This document shows positions 29,650 to 39,438 of a stretch of 64,000 nucleotides of DNA, piece by piece. The stretch's first letter is position 1. Each line of letters begins with the position of its first letter. Origin of the DNA: an uncultured cyanobacterium (lineage in GTDB: Bacteria; Cyanobacteriota; Cyanobacteriia; PCC-6307; Cyanobiaceae); contig CAVXWZ010000002.1 in the NCBI GenBank assembly GCA_963765575.1, positions 288,001-352,000 on the forward strand, read 5' to 3'. A program made the position numbers and the translations under genes. The notes beneath the pieces are model-generated. The model did no database searches. It had not been told where the DNA came from and worked only from the letters and a program-made list of their open reading frames with translations.

Positions 29650-30487
29650 GTCCTCAGAGGCCCGTGGGATCGGGAGCGTTGATCAGGCCGTCGCTGCCCA
29701 GCTGGCACCTCCAGTTCCACGGGGGTCTCCTCTGCTCAGTGCAGCCGGCGCCCCAAGCCGGCCTCCACCTCGTTGGGGTCAGCTCCGACCTCTACCTCTT
29801 CAAGCTCGATCTCTCAAGCTCCGCCTCTTCGAGACTCCAGCGCCTCGAGCTCGGGATCCAGGAGCTCTGGGTCCGCCTCCAGGTCGCGTGCCGGCGATCG
29901 GGGCGTTCCCCACTGGCCAGCTGTCGCGGTAAAGGTACACGTGGCCGAGGTTGCGACCGTTGTAGGCGCGGCGCTTGAGCTGCCAGCCGGGCTCCAGCAC
30001 CAGCTTGAGGAAATCCGTCCCCGGGCCGTTGGTGCGGGCCACCACCATCTCCGGGCCGATGCCGGAGCGGGTGGGCACCGCCAGCAGCATGTTGTCGTCG
30101 GCATAGCGCACCACACTCAGGCGGTAGCCGGGTGCCAGATCAGATTCGCCGATGCGCAGCGAGTAGCCATTGGCATCGAGATAGCGGCCGCAGATGCCGG
30201 TGAAGTCGAAGGTCGCCAGCAGCGGCTCCACCGCAGCCGGGGCGCCGCCATTGATGGCGAAGCAGGGGCGGCGATCGTTGAGCTGCTCATAGATGTTGAG
30301 CTGGGCGCGGGTGCCGTTGCCGATCGGGGCCGCCACCACCGCGAAGCGCTGGGGGTCGAGCTCGACGCTCTGGAACAGCGACTGCGCCCGAGCCACGTGG
30401 GCCGCTCGGAGCAGCGGCCAGGGCGGACACGCCCAGGGCGGCCAGGGCACCGGCCAAGGGGGTGCGGAGCAGCGCGAGGCAGGACAT
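29650..30487 (-). pseudogene. DUF3747-like secreted protein with apparent frameshifts (possibly assembly errors); 3' end approximate
   Basis: Signal peptide in the frame starting 30487, conserved domain (VDP/VEPLLATFDFTGICGRYLDANGYSLR, LGHVYL) in another frame, acidic tail split over further frames. Confidence 0.65.
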
Positions 30488-30597
30488 GGAGAGAGCGAGG
30501 AATCCTGGCAGGAGGCGATGGTAGGCAACCTTCCCTGACTCACCAGGGGGGCAGCGCTGCGTGGTCAGAGCATGGCGTCAGGGGAGGGACATCGCCC

Positions 30598-30795
30598 TCA
30601 GGCCGGCCTGTTGATGCGGATCGCCAGCAGCAACGTGGCCACGGTGCCGGGCAGGCTGAGCGCCAGGATCCAGCGGGTGGTGCCCAGACCCAGATCCGGA
30701 TCGCCATAGGCGAGCTCAAACACACAGCCGGTGGCGGCAATGCCGAGCACGCAGGCCAGGGCCAGGAGCAGCCCGGCCAGGGGTTTCATCGGCAT
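30598..30795 (-). CDS. Small two-TM hypothetical protein
   Basis: Hydrophobic segments around GCVFELAYGDPDLG; directly downstream of def. Confidence 0.7.
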   Translation of the reverse strand: MPMKPLAGLLLALACVLGIAATGCVFELAYGDPDLGLGTTRWILALSLPGTVATLLLAIRINRPA

Positions 30796-30802
30796 GGCCG
30801 GC

Positions 30803-31408
30803 TCAGCGGATGGACTGGACGTCGACGCGCTGGAAGCCGTGCTCCTGCAGCTCGGCGTTGAGGCTCAGCTCGTCGGTGACCCGATCCACGAACAACACGC
30901 CGTTGAGGTGGTCCATCTCGTGCTGGATGCAGCGGCCGAGCAGACCATCGGCCTTCATACGCCGGGGCCGGCCCATCTCGTCGCGGTATTGCAGCTCGAC
31001 CGTGGAGGGGCGCACCACGTTGAGGTAGACGCCGGGAATACTCAGGCAGCCTTCCTCATAGGTCTCGAGGCCGGAACCAAAGGAGCGGATCTCGGGGTTG
31101 ATCAGCACCAGGGGCGGGTTGGCGGCGTTGTCGGGATCGAGATCGAGCACCAGCAGCTGCTTGTGCACACCCACCTGGGGAGCAGCCAGACCAATGCCCT
31201 TGGAGCTGTACATGCTGCGCAGCATGTTGCGGGCCAGATCCCGCACCGATTCATCAACTTTGCCGATGCGCTTGGCGGCGGTGCGCAGCACCCGATCTCC
31301 CAGGGTGTGGATCGGCAGCGGCGGCTCGGCCAGCGCCTCCTTGGGCACCTGCACACTGCGGCCGGGTTGCTCCGCCGAGCGGGCCATCTGGGCGAAGCTG
31401 CGTGCCAA
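30803..31408 (-). CDS. def: Peptide deformylase
   Basis: GIGLAAPQVG, EEGCLSIP, QHEMDHL motifs. Confidence 0.97.
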   Translation of the reverse strand: MARSFAQMARSAEQPGRSVQVPKEALAEPPLPIHTLGDRVLRTAAKRIGKVDESVRDLARNMLRSMYSSKGIGLAAPQVGVHKQLLVLDLDPDNAANPPLVLINPEIRSFGSGLETYEEGCLSIPGVYLNVVRPSTVELQYRDEMGRPRRMKADGLLGRCIQHEMDHLNGVLFVDRVTDELSLNAELQEHGFQRVDVQSIR

Positions 31409-31475
31409 ATCCCTGACTGCTGGTGTTGTGTCAGTTTAAGGCGACTCCATTGAGAAGCGGGTCGCGGCCTCCCCC

Positions 31476-33386
31476 ATGCGGCAGTCGGACACAGCGGGGA
31501 GGGGACTGCCTCCTGAGCTGGTGGTGGGACGCAGCCCGAGTCTGCGCGAACCGCTGCTGCACGGTGGCCGGATCCACTGGCTGGAGCAGCGGCCCCATGA
31601 GGGCGGGCGCACCACCCTGCTGATGCGCTCCATTGAGGACCGCGACAGCGAACCACTGGAGCTCACCCCGTCCCCCTGGAACCTGCGCACCCGCGTGCAT
31701 GCCTACGGCGGCGGCAGTTACGCCATCGCCGGCGACACCCTGGTGTTTGTGCACGATGGCGACCGCTGCCTCTGGCGCTGCCGTCTCGACCCGAGCAGCG
31801 GCCGGGCCCAGGGCCGGCCCGAACCCCTCACCACCCCGGCGGCGCGGGCCTTCGCCGATGGCCTGATCGACAGCCCTCGCCAGCGCTGGATCGGCGTGAT
31901 GGAGGTCGATGACAGCGACCTGCTGGTGGCGGTGCCGCTGGGCGGCGGCGAGCCCGCCACGCTGCATCGGCCGGCCGACTTCTGCGGCTACGCCTGCCTC
32001 AGCCCCGACGGCAGCCAGTTGGCCTGGGTGGAGTGGCAGCAGCCCCACATGCCCTGGCAACGCAGCCAGCTGTGGCTGGCCGAGGTGGCCGCCGATGGGG
32101 CCCTGGGCGATCCCCGCGTGGTGGCCGGCTCGGACGCCAGCGATGTCCGACCGATCTCGGTGTTCCAGCCCCTCTGGCTCGGCCTAGGCGAGCTGGTGGT
32201 GGCCAGCGATGCCAGTGGCTGGTGGAACCTGCAACGGCTGCACACGCCCTCCGGCCACTGGCAGAGCCTGCTGCCGATGCGGGCCGAATTCGCCATGCCC
32301 CAGTGGGTCTACGGCATGCGCACGAGTACCTGGGATGGCCGGCAACTGATCGCCGCCGCCTGCCGGGATGGCGTCTGGGAGCTGGGCCGCGTGGCCCTGG
32401 AGCCGGAGCTGGTGGGCAGCGCCGCCGCCTGGCAGCCCCTGGCCGTGCCCTTCGACGACCTGGCCGGCCTCAGCGCCGGGGATGGGCAGCTGGTGGCGGT
32501 GGCCAGTTCCCCCACCACCCCCCAGGGGTTGCTGGCGGTGGATCTGGCCAGCGGCCACTGGCAACACTGGCCCGTGGCCCCGTGCCCGCTGGCGGCCGAG
32601 GCGATCAGCCAGCCCCAGGCCTGGTGGTTCCCGGGCCATGGCGGGGCCCGAACCCACGCCTGGTACTACCCCCCGCACGGCGGCGCCACGGCCCACTCCC
32701 CCCTGCTGGTGAAGGGTCACAGCGGCCCCACCGGCATGGCCCGCCGCGGCCTGAACCTGGCGATCCAGTTCTGGACCTCCCGGGGCTGGGGGGTGGTGGA
32801 TGTCAACTACGGCGGCTCCACCGGCTTCGGGCGTGCCTACCGGGAACGGCTGGACGGCCAGTGGGGGGTGGCGGATGTGGCCGACTGCGCCGCCGCCGCC
32901 CGCTCCCTGGTGGCGGCCGGGCACGCCAGCCGCGCCCGCATCGCCATCGAGGGCGGCAGTGCCGGCGGGTTCACCGCCCTGGCGGCGCTCTGTTTCAGCA
33001 CTGTCTTCGGCGCCGCCGCCTGCCGCTACGCCGTGAGCGATCCGGCCGGCCTGGCGGTGCACGACCATCGCTTCGAGGCCCGCTATCTCGACAGCCTGAT
33101 CGGCCCCTGGCCCGAGGCCGCCAGCACCTACGCGGCCCGATCGCCGCTGGAGCATGCGGATCGCATCCGTTGCCCGGTGATTTTCTTTCAGGGGCTTGAG
33201 GACACCGTGGTGCTGCCGGAGCAGACCGATCGCATGGCCGCGGCCCTGGCCGCCCATGGCATCGCCGTGGAGGTGCACCGGTTTGCCGGTGAAGGCCACG
33301 GCTTTCGCGACGGGGCGGTGCAGCTGCAGGTGCTCGAGGCCACCGAGGCCTTCTTCCGCCGGCACTTCGGCCTCAACAGCCCGTGA
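31476..33386 (+). CDS. S9 (prolyl oligopeptidase family) peptidase
   Basis: HSGPT, VNYGGSTGFGR, GGSAGG nucleophile, QGLEDTVV, GEGHGF. Confidence 0.92.
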   Translation: MRQSDTAGRGLPPELVVGRSPSLREPLLHGGRIHWLEQRPHEGGRTTLLMRSIEDRDSEPLELTPSPWNLRTRVHAYGGGSYAIAGDTLVFVHDGDRCLWRCRLDPSSGRAQGRPEPLTTPAARAFADGLIDSPRQRWIGVMEVDDSDLLVAVPLGGGEPATLHRPADFCGYACLSPDGSQLAWVEWQQPHMPWQRSQLWLAEVAADGALGDPRVVAGSDASDVRPISVFQPLWLGLGELVVASDASGWWNLQRLHTPSGHWQSLLPMRAEFAMPQWVYGMRTSTWDGRQLIAAACRDGVWELGRVALEPELVGSAAAWQPLAVPFDDLAGLSAGDGQLVAVASSPTTPQGLLAVDLASGHWQHWPVAPCPLAAEAISQPQAWWFPGHGGARTHAWYYPPHGGATAHSPLLVKGHSGPTGMARRGLNLAIQFWTSRGWGVVDVNYGGSTGFGRAYRERLDGQWGVADVADCAAAARSLVAAGHASRARIAIEGGSAGGFTALAALCFSTVFGAAACRYAVSDPAGLAVHDHRFEARYLDSLIGPWPEAASTYAARSPLEHADRIRCPVIFFQGLEDTVVLPEQTDRMAAALAAHGIAVEVHRFAGEGHGFRDGAVQLQVLEATEAFFRRHFGLNSP

Positions 33387-34787
33387 GCCTGCTGCCGGCC
33401 CTCGCCCTGATCGCTCGGGGCCTTGGCGACCCTGGGGTTGCTACTGGCGCTGGGTCGGGCGATCGGGCCGGCCCTGGGGCTGCAGCGACTGGGGCTGCCG
33501 GCGGCCGTGGTGGCCGGGCTGCTGGGGCTGTTGATCGGCCCCTATGGTCCCTGGCCGGTGATGCCCCCTGCGGTGGAGGAGCTCTGGGCGCGACTGCCCA
33601 CGATCCTGCTCACCCTGGTCTTCGGCACCCTGATGCTGGGACGGCCCCTGCCCGCCGTGCAGCGCTTCTGGCGCGCGGCCGCCGCCCAGACCCTGCTCGG
33701 GTTGACGCTGGGCTTCGGCCAGTACCTGATGGGCGCCCTGACGGTGCTGCTGCTGCTGGGCCCCTGGCTGGGGGTGAATCCGCTGATGGCCTGCCTGATC
33801 GAGGTGGGCTTCGAGGGGGGGCACGGCAGTGCCGCGGTGATGGGACCGATCTATGCCGACCTGGGGTTCGTGGAGGGCAGCGACCTGGGGCTGGCGATGG
33901 CCACCGTGGGCCTGCTCAGCTCCACCCTGCTGGGGGGGGTGCTGGTGGTGATCGCCCAGCGCTTTGGCTGGCTGATGGCTCTTGAGCCTGTGGCCCTTGA
34001 GCCTGCGCTGGCGGGTGGTGGCCTCGAACCTGTGGCCCCGGAGCCAGCCGCCGGCCCCCACCAGCCCAGCTGTCCCCTGCCCGATCCGGCCGCGGGCCGC
34101 GAGCTCGGGGAGGTGGCAATGCTGCTGATCAACCTGGGGCTGGTGGGCCTGGCGGTGGGCCTGGGGGTGCTGATGGAGGTTGCCCTCAACTGGGCCGCCA
34201 CGCCCCTGCATGGCGCTTGGCGCACCGTGGTGGACGCCCTACCCGTCTACCCCCTGGCCCTGGCTGGCTCGCTGCTGGTGCGTCTGGCCCTGGAGCGCAG
34301 TGGCCGCAGCGATCTGGCCTCCCCCCAGCTGCAGACCCGCCTGGGGGGCCTGGCCACCGACCTGCTGATCACCGCGGCGATGGCGGGCCTGAATCTGCCC
34401 CAGCTGGCCAAGAGCTGGCTGCCGCTCACGGTGCTCGCCAGCGCCGGCCTGGCCTGGAATCTGCTGGTGGTGCTGGTGCTGGCCCGCCGGGTGCTGCCGG
34501 TCGACTGGTTCGAGCGCGCCGTGATCGAGTTCGGCCAGGCCACCGGGGTGGCCGCCACGGGCCTGCTGCTGCTGGGCATGGCCGATCCCAGCAACCGCAG
34601 CGAAGCGCTGCCGGCCTTCTCGATCAAGCAGTTGCTGCTGCAACCGGTGCTGGCCGGTGGCGTGGTCACGGTGGCGGCACCGCTGGCCGTGAACAGCTGG
34701 GGGCTGCCGCTGTGGTGTGAGTTGTGCTTCGGTCTCACGGTTCTCTGGATCACACTGGCGCTGCTGCTGGCCCGTCAGCCGGCCTGA
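33383..34787 (+). CDS. Sodium/glutamate symporter family protein, paralogue 1 (probable indel near 33418; main ORF 33423-34787)
   Basis: IEVGFEGGHG, FGQATGVAATG motifs; many TM segments. Confidence 0.85.
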
Positions 34788-34799
34788 GCCCCGATCACC

Positions 34800-36158
34800 A
34801 TGAAGCTGTTCGATGTGCTGATCGCCTTTGTGGCGCTCAGCCTGCTGCTGCTGCTGGCCACGGCGCTGCGGCAGCGGCTGCCGCTGCTGCGCCGATCAGG
34901 CCTGCCCGAGGCCCTGGTGGCCGGCCTGCTGGGGCTGGCGATCGGGCCCTTCAGCCCCCTGCGCCTGTTTCCCGAGAGCGTCTACACGGTGTGGAGCCAG
35001 ACCCCCGGGGTGCTCATCAACGTGGTGTTCGCCAGCCTGTTTCTGGGCCAGAGCCTGCCCAGTAGGAGGGTGGTGTGGCAGCGGGCCGCCAGCCAGACGG
35101 CCTTCGGCATGGTGCTGGGCTTCGGGCAGTACCTGGTGGGTGGACTGGTGCTGCTGCTGGTGCTGCGACCGCTGTTGGGCAGCGATCCGCTGCTGGCCTG
35201 CCTGATCGAGGTGGGCTTCGAGGGCGGCCACGGCACCGCCGCCGGGATGGGGACCACCTTCAGCCGCCTGGGGCTGACCTCCGGCGAGGCCCTGGGCCTG
35301 GCGATGGCCACCTTCGGCGTGCTGGCCGGGGTGCTGGTGGGCAGCACGCTGGTGATGATCGGTCGCCGGCGCCAGTGGCTGCTGCCCTCGGATCAGCAGC
35401 AGCGTGGGGGGGAGGCGACCGGGCAGGTGGAGCGGCCGGCAGCGGCTGCGAGCTCGCCCACGATCGACGCCCTCACCCTCAATCTGGCCCTGATCGGTGC
35501 CGCGATCGGTCTGGGGGTGCTGCTGCGCCATGGCCTGGTGAGACTGGCCGGGGGCCTGGGTGGTGAGCCCACCGGCCAGCTGTTCGCAGCCCTGCCCCTG
35601 TTTCCCCTGGCGATGGTGGGCGGACTGCTGGTGCAGCGCCTGCTGCAGTGGCAGGGGCAGCCCCGCCTGGCCTCGGTGAGCGCCCAGCGCAGCATCGGCT
35701 CGTTGGCCATGGATGTGCTGATCGCCGCGGCGATGGCCAGCCTCAACCTGCCGCTGGTGGAGGAGGCCTGGCTGCCGCTGCTCGTGCTCGCCCTGGCGGG
35801 GCTGGGCTGGAACGTGGCGGTGTTCCTGTGGCTGGGACCACGGCTGTTCCGCAATGCCTGGTTCGAGCGGGCGATCGCCGATTTCGGCCAGAGCACCGGC
35901 ATCACCGCCACCGGGCTGCTGCTGCTGCGCATGGCCGACCCCTACGGCCGCAGTCCGGCGCTGGAGGGCTTCTCGTTCAAGCAGCTGGTGTATGAGCCCT
36001 TCCTGGGCGGCGGGCTGGTCACCGCCTTCGCCCCGATCGCGTTGGTGGCCCTGGGCTTGCCCCTGTGGACCCTGGTGGCCCTGGGGCTCACCCTGGCGTC
36101 CCTGGCGTTCGGAGTCGCCATGGCCCGTCAGCGACCGGCCGGTGTGGCGGCTCCGTAG
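34800..36158 (+). CDS. Sodium/glutamate symporter family protein, paralogue 2
   Basis: IEVGFEGGHGTAAG, FGQSTGITATGLLLLRMADP motifs. Confidence 0.9.
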   Translation: MKLFDVLIAFVALSLLLLLATALRQRLPLLRRSGLPEALVAGLLGLAIGPFSPLRLFPESVYTVWSQTPGVLINVVFASLFLGQSLPSRRVVWQRAASQTAFGMVLGFGQYLVGGLVLLLVLRPLLGSDPLLACLIEVGFEGGHGTAAGMGTTFSRLGLTSGEALGLAMATFGVLAGVLVGSTLVMIGRRRQWLLPSDQQQRGGEATGQVERPAAAASSPTIDALTLNLALIGAAIGLGVLLRHGLVRLAGGLGGEPTGQLFAALPLFPLAMVGGLLVQRLLQWQGQPRLASVSAQRSIGSLAMDVLIAAAMASLNLPLVEEAWLPLLVLALAGLGWNVAVFLWLGPRLFRNAWFERAIADFGQSTGITATGLLLLRMADPYGRSPALEGFSFKQLVYEPFLGGGLVTAFAPIALVALGLPLWTLVALGLTLASLAFGVAMARQRPAGVAAP

Positions 36159-36799
36159 TTCAGCGCCTGCATGCGGGCAGCCACCCGCTGCATCTCGGCG
36201 GCACTGAGCAGCGGCGGCTCACCAAGCTGCAGGGCTTCGAGATACACGTGCGCCAGGGTCTCCACCTCCAGCGCCAGAGCCACGGCCTGATCCAGATCGC
36301 CCCCCAGGGCCACCTGGCCGTGGTGGGCCAGCAGACAGGCGCGGCGATCTCGCAGGGCCGCCAGGGCCCGATCGGAGAGCTCCTGGCCGCCGAAGGTGGC
36401 GTAGGGGGCGCAGCGGATCTCGGCGCCACCGGCCACCACCACCATGTAATGGAAGGCGGGAATGGCGCGGCCGTGACAGGCCAGGGCCGTGGCGCGGATC
36501 GAGTGGCAGTGCACCACGGCCTGAATCTCGGGCCGGCTGGCCAGGATGTCGACGTGCAGGCGCCATTCCGAGGAGGCCTGACGGCCGGGGGCTGCGTGGC
36601 GGACCCGCCCCTGCCCGTCGAGCTCCACCAGATCCTCCGGGCCCATCTGCTCAGCGGGCAGGGAACTGGGGGTGATCAGCAGGCCATCGGATAGGCGCAG
36701 CGAGAGGTTGCCGGCCGTGCCCTGATTGAGGCCGAGGGCCCGGAGCCCCTTGGCGGCGGCCAGCAGCTGGCGCCGGGACTTCTCGTTCGCCAGCGGCAT
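36128..36799 (-). CDS. Class II aldolase/adducin family protein (FucA/Ald2-like)
   Basis: [37 protein letters not shown] at 36799 (the longer track ORF is an antisense shadow of intI). Confidence 0.9.
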   Translation of the reverse strand: MPLANEKSRRQLLAAAKGLRALGLNQGTAGNLSLRLSDGLLITPSSLPAEQMGPEDLVELDGQGRVRHAAPGRQASSEWRLHVDILASRPEIQAVVHCHSIRATALACHGRAIPAFHYMVVVAGGAEIRCAPYATFGGQELSDRALAALRDRRACLLAHHGQVALGGDLDQAVALALEVETLAHVYLEALQLGEPPLLSAAEMQRVAARMQALNYGAATPAGR

Positions 36800-36868
36800 G
36801 GGGGCAGGTGGGCTGCAGAGAGCGTAGGCAGCCATGGCGAGGCAACCCTGAGACAGCCCCCCAAGGCC

Positions 36869-37849
36869 ATGACCATGGCAGCAAAGGCCAAGCCTGCAGG
36901 CCTGATCCAGCGCTACCGGGAGGAGCTGGAGGTGCGCCGCTATGCGCGTCGGACGGTGGCGACCTATGAGCAATGGCTGCGGCGATACCTGCGGTTTCAC
37001 CGGATGCAGCATCCCCGGGAGATGGGAGAGGCCGAGATCAATGCCTTTCTCAGCCATCTGGCCACGGAAGAGCACGTGAGTGCCTCAACGCAGAACCAGG
37101 CCCTGGCGGCACTGCTGTTTCTCTACCGCACGGTGCTCGGGGGTGATTTGGGCAGCCTGGAGGGGGTGATCCGGGCCCGCAAGCGCCGGCGCCTGCCCGT
37201 GGTGCTCACGGTGTCGGAGGTGCGAGCCGTTATGAATGAGCTGGAAGGCACAGAGGGCCTTGTGGCCCAGCTGCTGTACGGGAGTGGGCTGCGGCTCATG
37301 GAGGCGCTGCGCCTGCGGGTCAAGGATGTGGATCTCGAACAGCGCTCCATCACCGTGCGCAGCGGCAAAGGAGACAAGGACAGACTCACGGTGCTCCCCG
37401 CCAAACTGGTGGAGCCTCTGAAAAGCCACCTTCGCGACGTGAGGCGGGTGCACCAAGCCGATCTCGCTGCGGGCTGGGGGGCGGTGGAGTTGCCCAATGC
37501 CCTCGAGAGGAAATACCGCAATGCGGCCCGGGAATGGGGCTGGCAATGGCTGTTTCCCCAGGGCCGACGCTGGCGGGATCCACGGCGGAACCTCGAGGGA
37601 AGGCACCATCTTGATCCCAGCCTTGTGCAGCGTGCCGTGCGCGGTGCTGTGCAGGCCGCGGGGATCAGCAAGCCGGCGACCTGCCACACCTTCCGCCATT
37701 CATTCGCCACGCATCTTCTGGAGCAGGGGGCCGACATCCGCACGATTCAGGAGCTGCTCGGCCACAGCGATGTGAAAACCACCATGATCTATACCCATGT
37801 GCTGAACCGAGGGCCGTCTGGGGTACGAAGCCCGGCAGACCTGCTCTGA
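36869..37849 (+). CDS. intI: Integron integrase IntI
   Basis: [45 protein letters not shown], IntI-specific patch [49 protein letters not shown]. Confidence 0.97.
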   Translation: MTMAAKAKPAGLIQRYREELEVRRYARRTVATYEQWLRRYLRFHRMQHPREMGEAEINAFLSHLATEEHVSASTQNQALAALLFLYRTVLGGDLGSLEGVIRARKRRRLPVVLTVSEVRAVMNELEGTEGLVAQLLYGSGLRLMEALRLRVKDVDLEQRSITVRSGKGDKDRLTVLPAKLVEPLKSHLRDVRRVHQADLAAGWGAVELPNALERKYRNAAREWGWQWLFPQGRRWRDPRRNLEGRHHLDPSLVQRAVRGAVQAAGISKPATCHTFRHSFATHLLEQGADIRTIQELLGHSDVKTTMIYTHVLNRGPSGVRSPADLL

Positions 37850-37859
37850 GGGAGGGCGG

Positions 37860-38021
37860 GATCTTCCGCGGACCGCGTAACAACCCGTGAAGCAGGTGGC
37901 GACAACCGAGAGGCGTTGCTACAGATGATTTCAGCCCAAGAGAGAAGCTGGCGATCGGTAGCTTATGCGGCAAAGCGCAGGCTGGCGGCAGCTTCTGCGG
38001 TCCGCCGAATCACTGTTAGTA
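37860..38021 (+). other. Candidate attI site; predicted crossover G/TT at 38015-38017
   Basis: GTTAGTA just before the first cassette, preceded by three imperfect (G/T)CTTnnGCGG repeats at 37862, 37961 and 37991. Confidence 0.6.
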
Positions 38022-38070
38022 CGTATCCAGCAAGCCGTTGACCGTAAGCCTCGTCTAGTACAGCCGCCTT

Positions 38071-38318
38071 ATGGTCGTGCAGAGAAGGTTCAGAAGTGGG
38101 GAAACAGCCTTGGCGTGAGGATTCCACGCGGTTTGGCAGATGAGGTGGGCTTGGGGGCTGGTACGGAAGTCAGCCTCACCGCGAAGGATGGTGAGCTGGT
38201 CTTGAGGCCCTCATTGCCTAGCCGGCTCAGGCTTGTGGATCTTCTTGCTGATATCACTCCAGAGAACATTCACGCCTCCGTTGATACGGGGGATGCCGTA
38301 GGTTCCGAAGCGTTCTGA
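38071..38318 (+). CDS. mazE: MazE/AbrB-family antitoxin (cassette 1); start anomalous
   Basis: KVQKWGNSLGVRIP and C-terminal ITPENIH...G..VGSE; ATG at 38071 is out of frame by 1 nt, the only in-frame ATG is at 37965. Confidence 0.85.
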
Positions 38319-38674
38319 TGTCTACCTACGTGCCTGATCGTGGCGATTTGGTGTGGCTGGAGTTCACGCCACAGGCCGGAAGTGAGCAGCGTGGAAGACG
38401 GCCAGCACTGGTTATATCCCCAAAGGCCTACAATGGAAAAGTAGGGCTGGCACTATTTTGTCCAATTACATCCAAGATCAAGGGTTACCCTTTTGAGGTT
38501 CTGCTGCCTGATGGATACTCCGTGAGTGGAGTTGTTCTGTCCGATCAGCTGAAGAGCCTAGACTGGCGAACGAGGAAAGCGAAGTTCATTGAGCGGATTT
38601 CTTCAGATGTAATGGAGATGGTTACTGCGAGGGTATTACCGCTTCTTGAACCTGACACTCCTGCCACTCTCTAA
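38318..38674 (+). CDS. mazF: MazF endoribonuclease toxin (cassette 1)
   Basis: YVPDRGDLVWLEFTPQAGSEQRGRRPALVISP..YN, CPITS..KGYPFEV, DQLKSLDWR; TGATG coupling to the antitoxin. Confidence 0.95.
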   Translation: MSTYVPDRGDLVWLEFTPQAGSEQRGRRPALVISPKAYNGKVGLALFCPITSKIKGYPFEVLLPDGYSVSGVVLSDQLKSLDWRTRKAKFIERISSDVMEMVTARVLPLLEPDTPATL

Positions 38675-38758
38675 CACCACCATGCACCTGAGCCGCCACC
38701 GCATGGCTATCTTCTTCGCCGTGCACTCCTTGCGGCCAGGTGATGGCGAGCGTTAGAA
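38669..38758 (+). other. attC site 1 (90 bp)
   Basis: R'' CTCTAAC containing the mazF stop; CAT(G)CACCTG(A)GCCGC pairs with GCGGCCAGGTGATG leaving two unpaired bases; R' GTTAGAA. Confidence 0.92.
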
Positions 38759-38893
38759 GGATGGGCGGGAAGCTGTCGACACATTCCCTTGGGTACACAT
38801 GCCCATGCTCCCTTTGGCAAGCCAGGGGGGAGGCTGTTCGATGATTTCCTGGCTAGGGTGGAGCACGAATACAAGGGAGATCCAAAGAAGGGA

Positions 38894-39103
38894 ATGGAAA
38901 ACCTCTATGAAGCTGTCGTTGAGCCTGACGGAAGAATACGGCTCAATACATCAGTTCACCTACAAAAGGGCCTCAAGGTCTTGGTCGCAGTGCCACGATG
39001 CCAGAAGGATTCAGCTTTCAGCGGAATTGCCTTAAGCGAACCCTCGCTTTCAAAAGATTGGCTCAATCAGGATGAAGAAGAAGCATGGGCGCACCTTCAG
39101 TAG
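38894..39103 (+). CDS. Putative antitoxin (cassette 2)
   Basis: 69 aa; N-terminal YEAVVEPDGRIRL, acidic C-terminus LSEPSLSKDWLNQDEEEAWAHLQ; purine-rich RBS; overlaps the toxin gene by 19 nt. Confidence 0.75.
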   Translation: MENLYEAVVEPDGRIRLNTSVHLQKGLKVLVAVPRCQKDSAFSGIALSEPSLSKDWLNQDEEEAWAHLQ

Positions 39104-39438
39104 GGGATGTTGTAATTATCCCTTTTCCCTATTCTAATCTATCGCAATCCAAGCGCAGACCTGCTCTGGTTCTAGCTGAAGCGGGCAGAGGTGATTTCCT
39201 GCTATGCCAGATCACCAGCAAGCAATATGGCGATCTTCATGCCTTGCCCCTCAAAGAGTCCGACTTCTTCTCCGGAGGCATCAAGCGAGACAGTTTCATC
39301 CGTGGCACCAAGCTCTTCACTGCCAATGAGACTCTCATTCTTGGAGTTGCTGGCCATCTAACCCATTTCAAGCTTTCAGAAGTTGTTTCCCAACTTATTG
39401 ATATCCTATCTGCTTGCCTGAAAGATGACACCTTCTAA
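39085..39438 (+). CDS. PemK/MazF-family toxin (cassette 2)
   Basis: GDVVIIPFPYSNLSQSKRRPALVL, LCQITS, SFIR..KLFT. Confidence 0.9.
   Translation: MGAPSVGDVVIIPFPYSNLSQSKRRPALVLAEAGRGDFLLCQITSKQYGDLHALPLKESDFFSGGIKRDSFIRGTKLFTANETLILGVAGHLTHFKLSEVVSQLIDILSACLKDDTF

Noticed and set aside
36800..36868. attI or LexA box upstream of intI
   Set aside because: The gap is about 70 bp, with no GTTRRRY followed by cassettes and no recognisable CTGT-N8-ACAG or AGTAC-N4-GTACT motif.
36800..37075. N-terminally extended aldolase overlapping intI (315-aa track ORF)
   Set aside because: The extension is antisense to intI; aldolase homology starts after the ATG at 36799.
38789..38893. Longer 104-aa version of the cassette 2 antitoxin
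   Set aside because: The ATG at 38894 has a purine-rich RBS and an upstream -10-like element, so the TTG extension is probably promoter or UTR.
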